DNA from: a virus
DNA: 64,000 nt
Reading direction: 5' to 3' (one strand)
Virus record (IMG/VR): IMGVR_UViG_3300045988_126619
Coordinates: 64,001-128,000 of that record
Shown: positions 53,038 through 61,903 of the stretch, piece by piece
Numbering within the stretch: the first letter of the stretch is position 1
Layout of the letters: the number at the start of each line of letters is the position of its first letter
Made by a program: the position numbers and the translations under genes
The notes under the pieces: model-generated
What the model was told of the DNA's origin: nothing
Databases searched by the model: none
What the model saw: only the letters and a program-made list of their open reading frames with translations

Positions 53038-53460
53038 ATGAAATATAAAGTAGATGAAAGATTAAGTGGAACAGTAAGATTAGAAATTGGAGAAAGAATG
53101 TTTGTAGAAGATGTTTGTAAAACAATTATTGGTGGAAAAGCATTATTGGAAGATGAAGATTATATTAAAGAGCATAATGTATCAGAAGAAGATTTAAATG
53201 ATGTAGCACAACAAATAGCAGAAGCTGAAAAAGCTTATTTAGCATTATTAAATGATGTAGCAGGAACAACTGATGAAAATGAAGAAGATGCTAAAGAAGT
53301 ACAAAGTATGATTAGAATGTTAGCTTTTGATTCAGAAGGAGAATTAGGACTTTTAGTATTAGAAGGAACTAGAGCAACTAATGATGAAGAATTATTAAAA
53401 TTTGTAAGTGCAAAAATAATGATAGATAATGAAGATATGTATGTTGAAATTGATGAATAA
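53038..53460 (+). CDS. acidic 140-aa protein, TerD-partner paralog 2
   Basis: SD AAAGGAGAG 8 nt before ATG 53038. Paralog of 50518..50934. Confidence 0.6.
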   Translation: MKYKVDERLSGTVRLEIGERMFVEDVCKTIIGGKALLEDEDYIKEHNVSEEDLNDVAQQIAEAEKAYLALLNDVAGTTDENEEDAKEVQSMIRMLAFDSEGELGLLVLEGTRATNDEELLKFVSAKIMIDNEDMYVEIDE

Positions 53461-53476
53461 AAGGAGAGATTGAATA

Positions 53477-54133
53477 ATGGCAGTATCATTACAAAAAAGA
53501 CAAGGAATATCATTAAAGAAAGATAACGGAACAAAATTAACAAAAATCACATTAGGTTTATCTTGGTGTGAAAAGAAGAAAGGAAGGACTGTAACAGAAA
53601 CAGTTCCAAAGAAGGGATTCTTTAATAGATTAATTGGAGCAGTTGAAGAAGTTACAAGAACAATTCCAGTAAATACTAAAGATGTTGATTTAGATACAGC
53701 AGTTCTTGCATATAAAAGAAATGATTATAAAGGTATATGTTACTTTGGTGATAAAGATATGTATATAAGAAATAATCATATTATACACCACTATGGGGAT
53801 GCACTTAGTAGCAATACAAAGTTTACAGAAAAAGATAACGAACAAATAGATATATACTTAGATAAGATTGACACAAACATAATGGATACATTCTATCTTG
53901 TAATGAATATATTCACAAGTGGTATTGACTTTGGAGATATTGAAAATGCTAGAGTTACAGTTTATGATGAAAAAGGTAATAGCATAGCAACATATAATCC
54001 AGTAGATGATTACAGAGGTAATAATGGAATTATAGTTGGTAAAGTTTATCACAATGGTTCTGAATGGAAATTTGAAGCGATTGGTGATGGAAAGAATGTA
54101 TCAAGATTAATCGATTTTAAAAGATATTTATAA
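53477..54133 (+). CDS. divergent TerD-fold protein with an inserted segment
   Basis: MAVSLQKRQGISL.. N-terminus as in the other two. DVDLDTAVL, YGDALSSNTKFTEKDNEQIDIYL. ~35-aa insertion after the first strand. Confidence 0.6.
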   Translation: MAVSLQKRQGISLKKDNGTKLTKITLGLSWCEKKKGRTVTETVPKKGFFNRLIGAVEEVTRTIPVNTKDVDLDTAVLAYKRNDYKGICYFGDKDMYIRNNHIIHHYGDALSSNTKFTEKDNEQIDIYLDKIDTNIMDTFYLVMNIFTSGIDFGDIENARVTVYDEKGNSIATYNPVDDYRGNNGIIVGKVYHNGSEWKFEAIGDGKNVSRLIDFKRYL

Positions 54134-54149
54134 TAATAACATAAAATAA

Positions 54150-54180
54150 ATGATAAGGGATAATAACAATCCTTTATCAT
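54150..54180 (+). other. 12-bp hairpin that sequesters the ATGATA end of a box copy
   Basis: ATGATAAGGGAT-N7-ATCCTTTATCAT (one G-U). Confidence 0.45.
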
Positions 54181-54214
54181 TTAAATAAATTAATTATAAG
54201 GAGAGATAAATAAT

Positions 54215-56833
54215 ATGAAAATTAATAAAGAAGGTTTAAGTAACCAAGAAGTAGAACAAAGTAGAGAAAAATATGGAGCGAATAGACTTCCCGAAAAAGT
54301 ATATCCTACAATATGGGAAAGAATAACAAATGTTTTTAAAGAAGATGGAATAATGACAATGTTATTTGTTTTAGCAATATTGGAAGGAATTGAAGCACTA
54401 GTATGTAGAGAGATACCTTGGGAATGTATAGGAATCATGACTACAGTTAGTGTAGTAACATTTTTTACTATTAATTCAGATTTGAAACAAGAAAAATCAT
54501 TTAAAGATTTGAAAGCATCTATACAAGAGCCTACAGTTACTGTAATAAGAGAAGGAAGAAAACAGATAATTAAACAATCAGACTTAGTAGTTGGTGATAT
54601 TTGTTTACTTAATAATGGAGAAAAAGCTTATGCTGATGGATTGATAATTGAACAAACCGATTTTAAAATTTCAAATGCAGAACTTAATGGTGAATCAGAT
54701 GAAGTAGAAGTTGATACATTTAATTATGTGGAAAATTCAGAAGTTGAATTTACAGATGATGTTTCAAAACAAGAAGGATTTATTAATAGTGGAGCATTAA
54801 TTGTTAATGGTAAAGCTACTATGGGAGTTGTAAGAGTTGGAGAAAACACAGAAAGTGGTAAAGCTTTAGTAAATGTTACTGAAATGAAAACGCCTTTGCT
54901 TGAAAAACTTGATACTTTAACAGAACAAATCACAAGATATGGTGCAGTTGGTGCAACATTAATGTTCGCTATCAATTTTGGAGTGATTGTTTTATTAAAA
55001 GGTGGATTATCATACTTCACAAGTACAGCAGTTCTTAGTATAGGATTAGATATAGTTGCTTGTTTAATGGTTGCATTATCAATATTTAGTGCATCTGCCC
55101 CAGAAGGTCTTCCATTTGTTATTAACTTAGTTCTTTCAGCAAATGTTAACAAGATGAAAAAACACAACGTTTTATTAAAAAATGTTAAAAAAGGTGAAAC
55201 AAGTGGTTCTTTATCAATCTTATTTAGTGACAAAACAGGAACAATGACAAAGAATATAATGTCAATAGTTGAATTTACAGATGGAACAGGAAAAACACTT
55301 AATCGTGGCGAAATTGAAAATTCAAAATACAAAGAATTAATAGATAGAAGTATTGTAATGAGTTCAGATTCATATTATGACGAGAATGGAGATTTAATTG
55401 GTGGTAATGGTACTGATAGAGCATTTAGTAAGTTTGTTGGAGCAGATTTATTTAAACAATATTCAAATAGTACAGTAATTAAATCACAACCATTCAATTC
55501 TAAGAATAAGTATAACGCAGTTCAATTAGATGGATACACTATATATAAAGGTGCAGGAGAAATATTAGTAAACAATTCTAAAAACTTAATAAATACTGAT
55601 TGTTGGGTAAGAGGAATTGAAGAAGAAGATAGAGAAAATCTACAATCTACAATGGATAGAATGATGAATAAGGCTGAAAGAGTTTTAGCTATCGCAATTT
55701 CTAAACAACCATTAGTTGACAATGAACTTCCAAGCGACTTAACATTATTAGCGGTATTTGGTATTAGAGATGAAATAAGAGAAAGTACACCAACAGCTAT
55801 TGAAAATTTAAATAATGCAGGTGTTCAAGTTGTAATGGTAACAGGAGATAATATTAAAACTGCTGATGCTATTGCAAAAGAAATCGGATTATTAAAAGAT
55901 GGAGATTTAAGTTTTACAAATGATATATTAATGGATATGACCGATGAAGAAATCGCTTCAATATTACCTAAATTAAAAGTAGTTGGTAGAGCGAAACCAG
56001 ATACTAAACGTAGATTAAATCATATCGCTCAAAATAACGGTTATGTTACAGGAATGTGCGGAGATGGAGTTAATGATGCTCCTGCCTTAATGCAAGCTGA
56101 TATTGGATTTGCTATGGGTTCTGGAACAGATGTTGCAAAAGATGCAGGTGACGTAGTTATCTTAGATAATAACTTAGCATCAATTGAATATGGTGTTAAG
56201 AGTGGTAGACAAATATTTAAGAATATTCAAAAGTTCTTAAAGTATCAATTAGCAATTAATGTTGGTATTGTTATAACTCCTATTTTAGCTTCATTATGTG
56301 GTGTAACTAAATCATTAGCAGTAACAAGTATTCTATGGATTAATGCAATAATGGATACATTAGCATCACTTGCATTTAGTGGTGAACCTTGTGAAGATAG
56401 TGTGATGAAAGAAAAACCTATCTCAAGAACAGCTAACATAATTAATAAAGACATGATGATTCAAATAGCAACAACTGGTTTATACTTTATAGGAACTGGA
56501 TTATTTATGCTAACAAGTGATGTAATGGGTAATTTATTTGGTGAAAAACAAACAACAGCTTATTTCTCATTATTTGTAATGATAGCGATATTCAATGGTT
56601 TTAATGTAAGAACAGCATCAATTAATTGTTTAAAAGACATTAAAAAGAATCCAAGATTTATTAAGATTATGGCTTTAATTACAGTATTACAAGTGTTATT
56701 AGTAAGTTTTGGTGGTAAAATATTTGATGTTATGCCAATGAACCTTATGGAATGGTTAATTGTAACAGGTATTGCAGTATTAATTATCCCAATAGATTTA
56801 ATTAGAAAAATGATTATGAATAAAACAAAATAA
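54215..56833 (+). CDS. P2-type cation-transporting ATPase, Ca2+-pump-like
   Basis: NGESDEV (TGES variant), APEGLP in TM4, DKTGTMT, KGAGE, MVTGDN, GDGVNDAPAL. 872 aa with ~10 TM segments. Confidence 0.8.
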   Translation: MKINKEGLSNQEVEQSREKYGANRLPEKVYPTIWERITNVFKEDGIMTMLFVLAILEGIEALVCREIPWECIGIMTTVSVVTFFTINSDLKQEKSFKDLKASIQEPTVTVIREGRKQIIKQSDLVVGDICLLNNGEKAYADGLIIEQTDFKISNAELNGESDEVEVDTFNYVENSEVEFTDDVSKQEGFINSGALIVNGKATMGVVRVGENTESGKALVNVTEMKTPLLEKLDTLTEQITRYGAVGATLMFAINFGVIVLLKGGLSYFTSTAVLSIGLDIVACLMVALSIFSASAPEGLPFVINLVLSANVNKMKKHNVLLKNVKKGETSGSLSILFSDKTGTMTKNIMSIVEFTDGTGKTLNRGEIENSKYKELIDRSIVMSSDSYYDENGDLIGGNGTDRAFSKFVGADLFKQYSNSTVIKSQPFNSKNKYNAVQLDGYTIYKGAGEILVNNSKNLINTDCWVRGIEEEDRENLQSTMDRMMNKAERVLAIAISKQPLVDNELPSDLTLLAVFGIRDEIRESTPTAIENLNNAGVQVVMVTGDNIKTADAIAKEIGLLKDGDLSFTNDILMDMTDEEIASILPKLKVVGRAKPDTKRRLNHIAQNNGYVTGMCGDGVNDAPALMQADIGFAMGSGTDVAKDAGDVVILDNNLASIEYGVKSGRQIFKNIQKFLKYQLAINVGIVITPILASLCGVTKSLAVTSILWINAIMDTLASLAFSGEPCEDSVMKEKPISRTANIINKDMMIQIATTGLYFIGTGLFMLTSDVMGNLFGEKQTTAYFSLFVMIAIFNGFNVRTASINCLKDIKKNPRFIKIMALITVLQVLLVSFGGKIFDVMPMNLMEWLIVTGIAVLIIPIDLIRKMIMNKTK

Positions 56834-56840
56834 TAAATTG

Positions 56841-56874
56841 TAAGAGTGGTAGAAATATCACTCTTATTTTTTTT
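56841..56874 (+). terminator. strong intrinsic terminator
   Basis: 8-bp stem TAAGAGTG/CACTCTTA, 10-nt loop, T8. Confidence 0.85.
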
Positions 56875-56882
56875 AAAAACTA

Positions 56883-56911
56883 TTGACATAAAATAAATTA
56901 TAATATATAAT
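56883..56911 (+). promoter_or_regulatory. consensus promoter with box
   Basis: -35 TTGACA 56883-56888, 17-nt spacer, -10 TATAAT 56906-56911. Confidence 0.8.
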
Positions 56912-56944
56912 AAATATATCAAATAAAAGAAAAGAGGTATAAAA

Positions 56945-57346
56945 ATGGAAACAATTAGATTAGAGGATTTAACCAAATCAGAAGTATGTTTTGTATATTC
57001 TACAATTGGATATATAAAGGGACAATTATGTAGCAAATATGTAGGTGAGATAAATAATTATCAAACTAAAATGAGCATATGCAATGATGTAAACGACTTG
57101 TTGTGTCAACTTACATCACAAGATTATTTAGTATCAGACAATAATATGTTATCATATGCAGAATTAAGTTTAGATAAAACAATTGAATATTTAGATAGAA
57201 AAAACGTAAAGATGGATGATTTAACAGACAAAATGATTCTTAGTATGGGTACAGAATATCATGTATTTGTAACATTTTATTTATATATGGTAGGCAAAGA
57301 TGAATATGTAAAAGTAGAAACAGATTTTTTTGAAATAATTAATTAA
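56945..57346 (+). CDS. hypothetical protein
   Basis: SD AAGAGG upstream. Confidence 0.55.
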   Translation: METIRLEDLTKSEVCFVYSTIGYIKGQLCSKYVGEINNYQTKMSICNDVNDLLCQLTSQDYLVSDNNMLSYAELSLDKTIEYLDRKNVKMDDLTDKMILSMGTEYHVFVTFYLYMVGKDEYVKVETDFFEIIN

Positions 57347-57352
57347 AAGCTA

Positions 57353-57381
57353 TTGACATAAAATAAATGATAATGTATAAT
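57353..57381 (+). promoter_or_regulatory. consensus promoter with box
   Basis: -35 TTGACA 57353-57358, 17-nt spacer, -10 TATAAT 57376-57381. Confidence 0.8.
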
Positions 57382-57414
57382 AAATATATAATCAATTGAA
57401 GGAGAGATGTAAAT

Positions 57415-57843
57415 ATGAGAGCAAAATTTAGTTTAAATGGAAATACTATTGAAAATGAACAAATAGAAAATGTTTCATTATTAATAATATTGGGTTCAAA
57501 ATTTAAAGATGAATATTGTTACGATAATGAAGAATATGTTATAGATTTATTAAAACAAAAATGCAAAATATTTAATGTAGATAGTTTTGAAGTAGAATGT
57601 CCTTGTGAAGATTTGATTTATTTATCTAATGAATCATTTACTGGAGAGGGTGAAGAAGGTGTTTATCCAAATAACAAAAAAGAATTACAAATATTAATAG
57701 ATTCATATAATGAAGCAAAAAAAGTATTTGGTTCAGATAAAGTTAGAATATCAGTATATAGTAATTATTTATATGAAAATGTAAATGAGGACGATTTCTC
57801 ATTAGAAGAATTTTTAAGTAATTTTGAATTAATAGAAGATTAA
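57415..57843 (+). CDS. acidic hypothetical protein
   Basis: SD AAGGAGAG upstream. Confidence 0.55.
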   Translation: MRAKFSLNGNTIENEQIENVSLLIILGSKFKDEYCYDNEEYVIDLLKQKCKIFNVDSFEVECPCEDLIYLSNESFTGEGEEGVYPNNKKELQILIDSYNEAKKVFGSDKVRISVYSNYLYENVNEDDFSLEEFLSNFELIED

Positions 57844-57866
57844 TAAATAGAAGGGGCGATAAAAAT

Positions 57867-58412
57867 ATGAAAAAAATATTAGTAGTAATTGATATGCAAA
57901 ATGATTTTATAACAGGAAGTTTAGGAACAAAGGAAGCACAAGAAATTGTTCCAAAAGTAATTGATAAGATTAAAGAATATGATAAATATGAAAACAGTCT
58001 TATATATGCAACACAAGATACTCATTATATAGGTTATTTAAAAACTCTTGAAGGATTAAAATTACCAATAGAACATTGTATAAAAGATACAGAAGGATGG
58101 GAAATACAAAAAGATATATTAAAAGAATTAAAAGAAAGAAAAGCTTGTATATCAGAGAAAATAACATTTGGAGATATAAATTTAGCAGAGAATTTTTCTG
58201 GATTAAATTGTGTTAATCATGATGTTGAAATAGAATTAATTGGGTTATGCACAGATATATGTGTTATATCTAACGCATTAACAATTAAAGCTTACGTTCC
58301 AGAAGTAAAAATTATAGTAGATGCAAGTTGTTGTGCAGGTGTAACACCACAAAGTCATAAAAATGCACTAGAAGCTATGAAGATGTGTCAAGTAGAAATT
58401 ATTAATGAATAG
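57867..58412 (+). CDS. pncA: nicotinamidase / isochorismatase-family hydrolase
   Basis: ILVVIDMQNDFITGSLG, catalytic-Cys block LIGLCTDICV. 181 aa. Confidence 0.7.
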   Translation: MKKILVVIDMQNDFITGSLGTKEAQEIVPKVIDKIKEYDKYENSLIYATQDTHYIGYLKTLEGLKLPIEHCIKDTEGWEIQKDILKELKERKACISEKITFGDINLAENFSGLNCVNHDVEIELIGLCTDICVISNALTIKAYVPEVKIIVDASCCAGVTPQSHKNALEAMKMCQVEIINE

Positions 58413-58426
58413 GAGATGTATAGATT

Positions 58427-59251
58427 ATGGTAAAAGTAAATGGAGAAGAACACAATTATTATTTATTCCCTAATAATGAATTAAAGGTATCACCTATTAG
58501 ATATGGTAATTATGTTGAAATTAAAGATGGCGATGATATAGAAGTAGAATTAATATATGAAAATTCAATAGACCTTGTTCACCTTATATTTGTAAAGAAA
58601 TTTTTAGATGAAGCCTATCCACATAGTTGTGTAGATTTAGTTATGAAATATATTCCATACTCAAGAATGGACAGGGAAACACCTTTTCAAATGTTTACTT
58701 GTAAATATTTATGTCAATTAATAAATGATTTATGTTTTAGTTCTGTAACAGTATTAGACCCTCATTCAAATGTATGTGTGGGAGCATTAGAACGTGTTAA
58801 GCAAATAGATTTATCATATTATGTTAAACAAGTATTAGACTACGAAAGAGTGAAAGAAGGAACTTATATAGATGCTATATTCCTTCCAGACGTAGGTGCA
58901 TATAAAAAGTATACAGAAGTATTGGATAATGTAAAGTTACCTAAATTTTGGGGGAATAAACATCGTGACTTAAACAATGGAGCAATAACTGATTATGATA
59001 TAATTGGAGATATTGATGTTAATGGTAAAAATATACTTATAGTTGATGATATATGCGTTAAGGGATTTACCACATTATTTGCCTCAAAGAAATTAAAAGA
59101 ACTAGGAGCAAATAAAGTCATTTTCTATTGTTCTCATTGTGAAGATGCTATTCATAGTGGACAATTATTAAAAACAGATTATGTAGATAGAATATATACA
59201 ACTGATAGCATGAAATTTGATGAACATAATAAAATAATTAAATTATATTAG
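58427..59251 (+). CDS. ribose-phosphate pyrophosphokinase (Prs) homolog; candidate ADPR-pyrophosphate synthetase (Adps-like)
   Basis: YIPYSRMDR (YxRQDR-like), VLDPHS (DLH-like), ILIVDDICVKGFT (PRPP loop). 274 aa, shorter than housekeeping Prs. Confidence 0.6.
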   Translation: MVKVNGEEHNYYLFPNNELKVSPIRYGNYVEIKDGDDIEVELIYENSIDLVHLIFVKKFLDEAYPHSCVDLVMKYIPYSRMDRETPFQMFTCKYLCQLINDLCFSSVTVLDPHSNVCVGALERVKQIDLSYYVKQVLDYERVKEGTYIDAIFLPDVGAYKKYTEVLDNVKLPKFWGNKHRDLNNGAITDYDIIGDIDVNGKNILIVDDICVKGFTTLFASKKLKELGANKVIFYCSHCEDAIHSGQLLKTDYVDRIYTTDSMKFDEHNKIIKLY

Positions 59252-59275
59252 GAGAAAGTATTATATCAAAATATG

Positions 59276-59304
59276 TTGACATAAAATAAATGATAGTATA
59301 TAAT
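59276..59304 (+). promoter_or_regulatory. consensus promoter with box
   Basis: -35 TTGACA 59276-59281, 17-nt spacer, -10 TATAAT 59299-59304. The leader has a hairpin GTAGAGAGCAG..CTGCTCCTAC. Confidence 0.8.
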
Positions 59305-59370
59305 AAATAATGTAGAGAGCAGTTAGTAAATCTGCTCCTACAATATAAATAAATGAAAGAGAGTGATTAT

Positions 59371-60843
59371 ATGAAAACAAACCCAATGTTATTGATTGAT
59401 TTTTATAAGGCTTGTCATAGTGATATGTTACCAAAAGGAATAACTAAATCAGTCAGTTATTTTACACCTAGAATGAAAAGAGTTGAAAGATGGGACAATG
59501 TAGTTATGTTCGGTCTACAAGGATTTATTAAAACTTATTTAATTGATTATTTTAACGAAAATTTCTTTAATCAAACAACAGAAAAGGCAGTATTTGAATA
59601 TGAAAGAGTTCTTAAATATTCTTTAGGGGAAGATTCTTTTAGTAGTGAAAAAGTAAGAAAACTTCATAAATTAGGTTATTTACCAATTGAAATTTTAGCA
59701 ATTAAAGAAGGAACAAAAGTACCTATAAAGATACCTATGTTTGCAATAACAAATACTCATGATGATTTTGCATGGCTACCACAAGCCTTAGAATCACTTA
59801 TATCTGCTGAAATGTGGCATCCTATGATATCAGCTACAGTTGGAGCAACTTATAGAGATATAGTAAATAAATATTATGATATTTCATGTGATGATGATAT
59901 TCCAAGAGCAAAAGCATTAGGAGATTTTAGCTTTAGAGGACAAGAATGTTTACAATCAGCAATTAAGAGTTCAGCAGGTTGGTCACTATCATTCTTAAAT
60001 TCAGCTACAGTTCCTGCTATACCATATTTAGAAGATAATTATAATTGTAATTGCATAACAGAACCAGTTTTATTTGGGGCAGTTTCTACAGAACATTCTG
60101 TGATGTGTTCTAATTATTCTGTAGATGGGGATGAAGAAACATTAATCAGAAGATTATTAACTGAATTATATCCAAATGCTTCATTTAGTGCTGTTTTAGA
60201 TTCTTATGATTATTGGAGAATTGTTAAAGAAGTTCTTCCTAAATTAAAAGAAGAAATACTTAACCACAATGGATGTTTCTTAATAAGGGGAGATAGTGGG
60301 GATTGTGTAGAAGTTGTTACACAAACTGTATTTGAGTTATGGAAGACATTTGGAGGAACTGTTAATAGTAAAGGCTATAAAGTATTAGACCCACACGTAA
60401 AAGCTATTTATGGTGATTCTATAACAGTTCAAAGATGTGAAGAAATATATAAGATACTTATAGAAAATGGATTTGCTTGTTCAAATGTAGCACTTGGTGT
60501 TGGCTCATTCTCAATGCAAGCAATTGAAGAAGATGGAATACTTAAACCATTTACTAGAGATACTTATGGAATGGCTATTAAAGCTACTTACATGGAAATA
60601 AATGGTGAATCATATCCAATATTTAAGAATCCAAAGGATGGAGGATTTAAGAAATCGCAAAAAGGCTGTTGTAGTGTATTCTTTGATGAAGATGGGGAAA
60701 TGGTTTATGCAGATGGATTAACTTGGGAAGAAGCTTGTGGTGATGAAGAAAACTTATTACAACCAGTATTTAAAGATGGTCAGTTAGTTAGGGAACAATC
60801 ATTACAAGAAATAAGAAATATATTACATGAAGGAGGATTTTAA
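59371..60843 (+). CDS. nicotinamide phosphoribosyltransferase (NAMPT/NadV) family; candidate Namat-like enzyme
   Basis: NPMLLIDFYKACH N-terminus typical of NAMPT. 490 aa. ATG 59371 follows SD AGAGAGTG. Confidence 0.7.
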   Translation: MKTNPMLLIDFYKACHSDMLPKGITKSVSYFTPRMKRVERWDNVVMFGLQGFIKTYLIDYFNENFFNQTTEKAVFEYERVLKYSLGEDSFSSEKVRKLHKLGYLPIEILAIKEGTKVPIKIPMFAITNTHDDFAWLPQALESLISAEMWHPMISATVGATYRDIVNKYYDISCDDDIPRAKALGDFSFRGQECLQSAIKSSAGWSLSFLNSATVPAIPYLEDNYNCNCITEPVLFGAVSTEHSVMCSNYSVDGDEETLIRRLLTELYPNASFSAVLDSYDYWRIVKEVLPKLKEEILNHNGCFLIRGDSGDCVEVVTQTVFELWKTFGGTVNSKGYKVLDPHVKAIYGDSITVQRCEEIYKILIENGFACSNVALGVGSFSMQAIEEDGILKPFTRDTYGMAIKATYMEINGESYPIFKNPKDGGFKKSQKGCCSVFFDEDGEMVYADGLTWEEACGDEENLLQPVFKDGQLVREQSLQEIRNILHEGGF

Positions 60844-60846
60844 AAT

Positions 60847-61149
60847 ATGAAATTAGGTCTTATTTATGATTATTTTGGAACTGTTAAGTTTGGTTCTATT
60901 GAAGTAGAAGAAAAACCAAAGACATATAAAACAATAGGTGGGGAATCAGTACCTAGAGTATATAGAAGTGTTATAAATAAAGATATGATTAATAAAGTGT
61001 ATGATGATGTTGTTCTTATATATGATTGTTCTAAAGAAGAAGCTATTAAAATATGGAATGAACATTTTGATAGAAAAATTAATACTAAAAAAGAATATTT
61101 TGAGAAAGAAGTAGAACGTTTAGAAGGTTTAATTATAAAGGAGGAATAA
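60847..61149 (+). CDS. hypothetical protein embedded in the NAD module
   Basis: SD AAGGAGGA upstream. Confidence 0.55.
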   Translation: MKLGLIYDYFGTVKFGSIEVEEKPKTYKTIGGESVPRVYRSVINKDMINKVYDDVVLIYDCSKEEAIKIWNEHFDRKINTKKEYFEKEVERLEGLIIKEE

Positions 61150-61150
61150 T

Positions 61151-61888
61151 ATGTATAAATTTGATGCAAAGGAAACAGCAAGACAATTAATAGAATGGAT
61201 AAAAGAATATTTTGAAAATAATGGGGATAAAAATACTAAAGCTATCATTGGTATTTCTGGTGGAAAAGATAGTTCTATAGTAGCAGGATTATGTGTTGAA
61301 GCACTAGGTAAGGATAGAGTAATTGGTGTAAAGATGCCACAAGGAGAACAAGAAGATATAGAATATGCAGAGGATATTATTGATTTCTTAGGCATAAAAT
61401 CATATGAAATAAATATTGAGGATTCAGTTTTTGGAGTATATAGAGAATTAGATTTTGAGAAAATACCTAGAAACTCAATAGTAAATTCCAATACACCTGC
61501 AAGAATAAGAATGACTGTATTATATGCAGTTAGTGGAGCATTGGGTGGTAGAGTAGCAAATACATGTAATCTATCAGAAGATTATGTCGGTTATGCTACA
61601 AAGTTTGGTGATGGAGCAGGAGATTTTTCACCATTATCTAATTTAACTGTAACAGAGGTTAAAGCTATTGGAAGAGAAATAGGTATTCCAGATTATTTAA
61701 TAGATAAGACACCTATAGATGGACTTTGTGGACTATCAGATGAAGATAATTTAGGTTTTTCTTATGATACTTTAGATAAGTATATTAGAACTGGTATATG
61801 TGAAGATGAAGAAACTAAGAGAAGAATAGATGCTATGCACAAAAATAATTTGCATAAGTTATTACCTATGCCATCATTTAAATTATAA
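61151..61888 (+). CDS. nadE: NH3-dependent NAD+ synthetase
   Basis: PP-loop GISGGKDSS, and C-terminal DEDNLGFSYDTLD typical of NadE. 245 aa. Confidence 0.8.
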   Translation: MYKFDAKETARQLIEWIKEYFENNGDKNTKAIIGISGGKDSSIVAGLCVEALGKDRVIGVKMPQGEQEDIEYAEDIIDFLGIKSYEINIEDSVFGVYRELDFEKIPRNSIVNSNTPARIRMTVLYAVSGALGGRVANTCNLSEDYVGYATKFGDGAGDFSPLSNLTVTEVKAIGREIGIPDYLIDKTPIDGLCGLSDEDNLGFSYDTLDKYIRTGICEDEETKRRIDAMHKNNLHKLLPMPSFKL

Positions 61889-61903
61889 GGAGGATTCTGT
61901 CTA

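Noticed and set aside
380-59370. Track start codons at 380, 16241, 17610, 18391, 39462, 49561 and 59353, among others.
   Set aside because: These ATG/GTG codons lie inside the AAATAAATGATA box, inside the SD, or overlap the preceding gene. An in-frame ATG with a properly spaced SD exists downstream, and the paralog alignments begin there.
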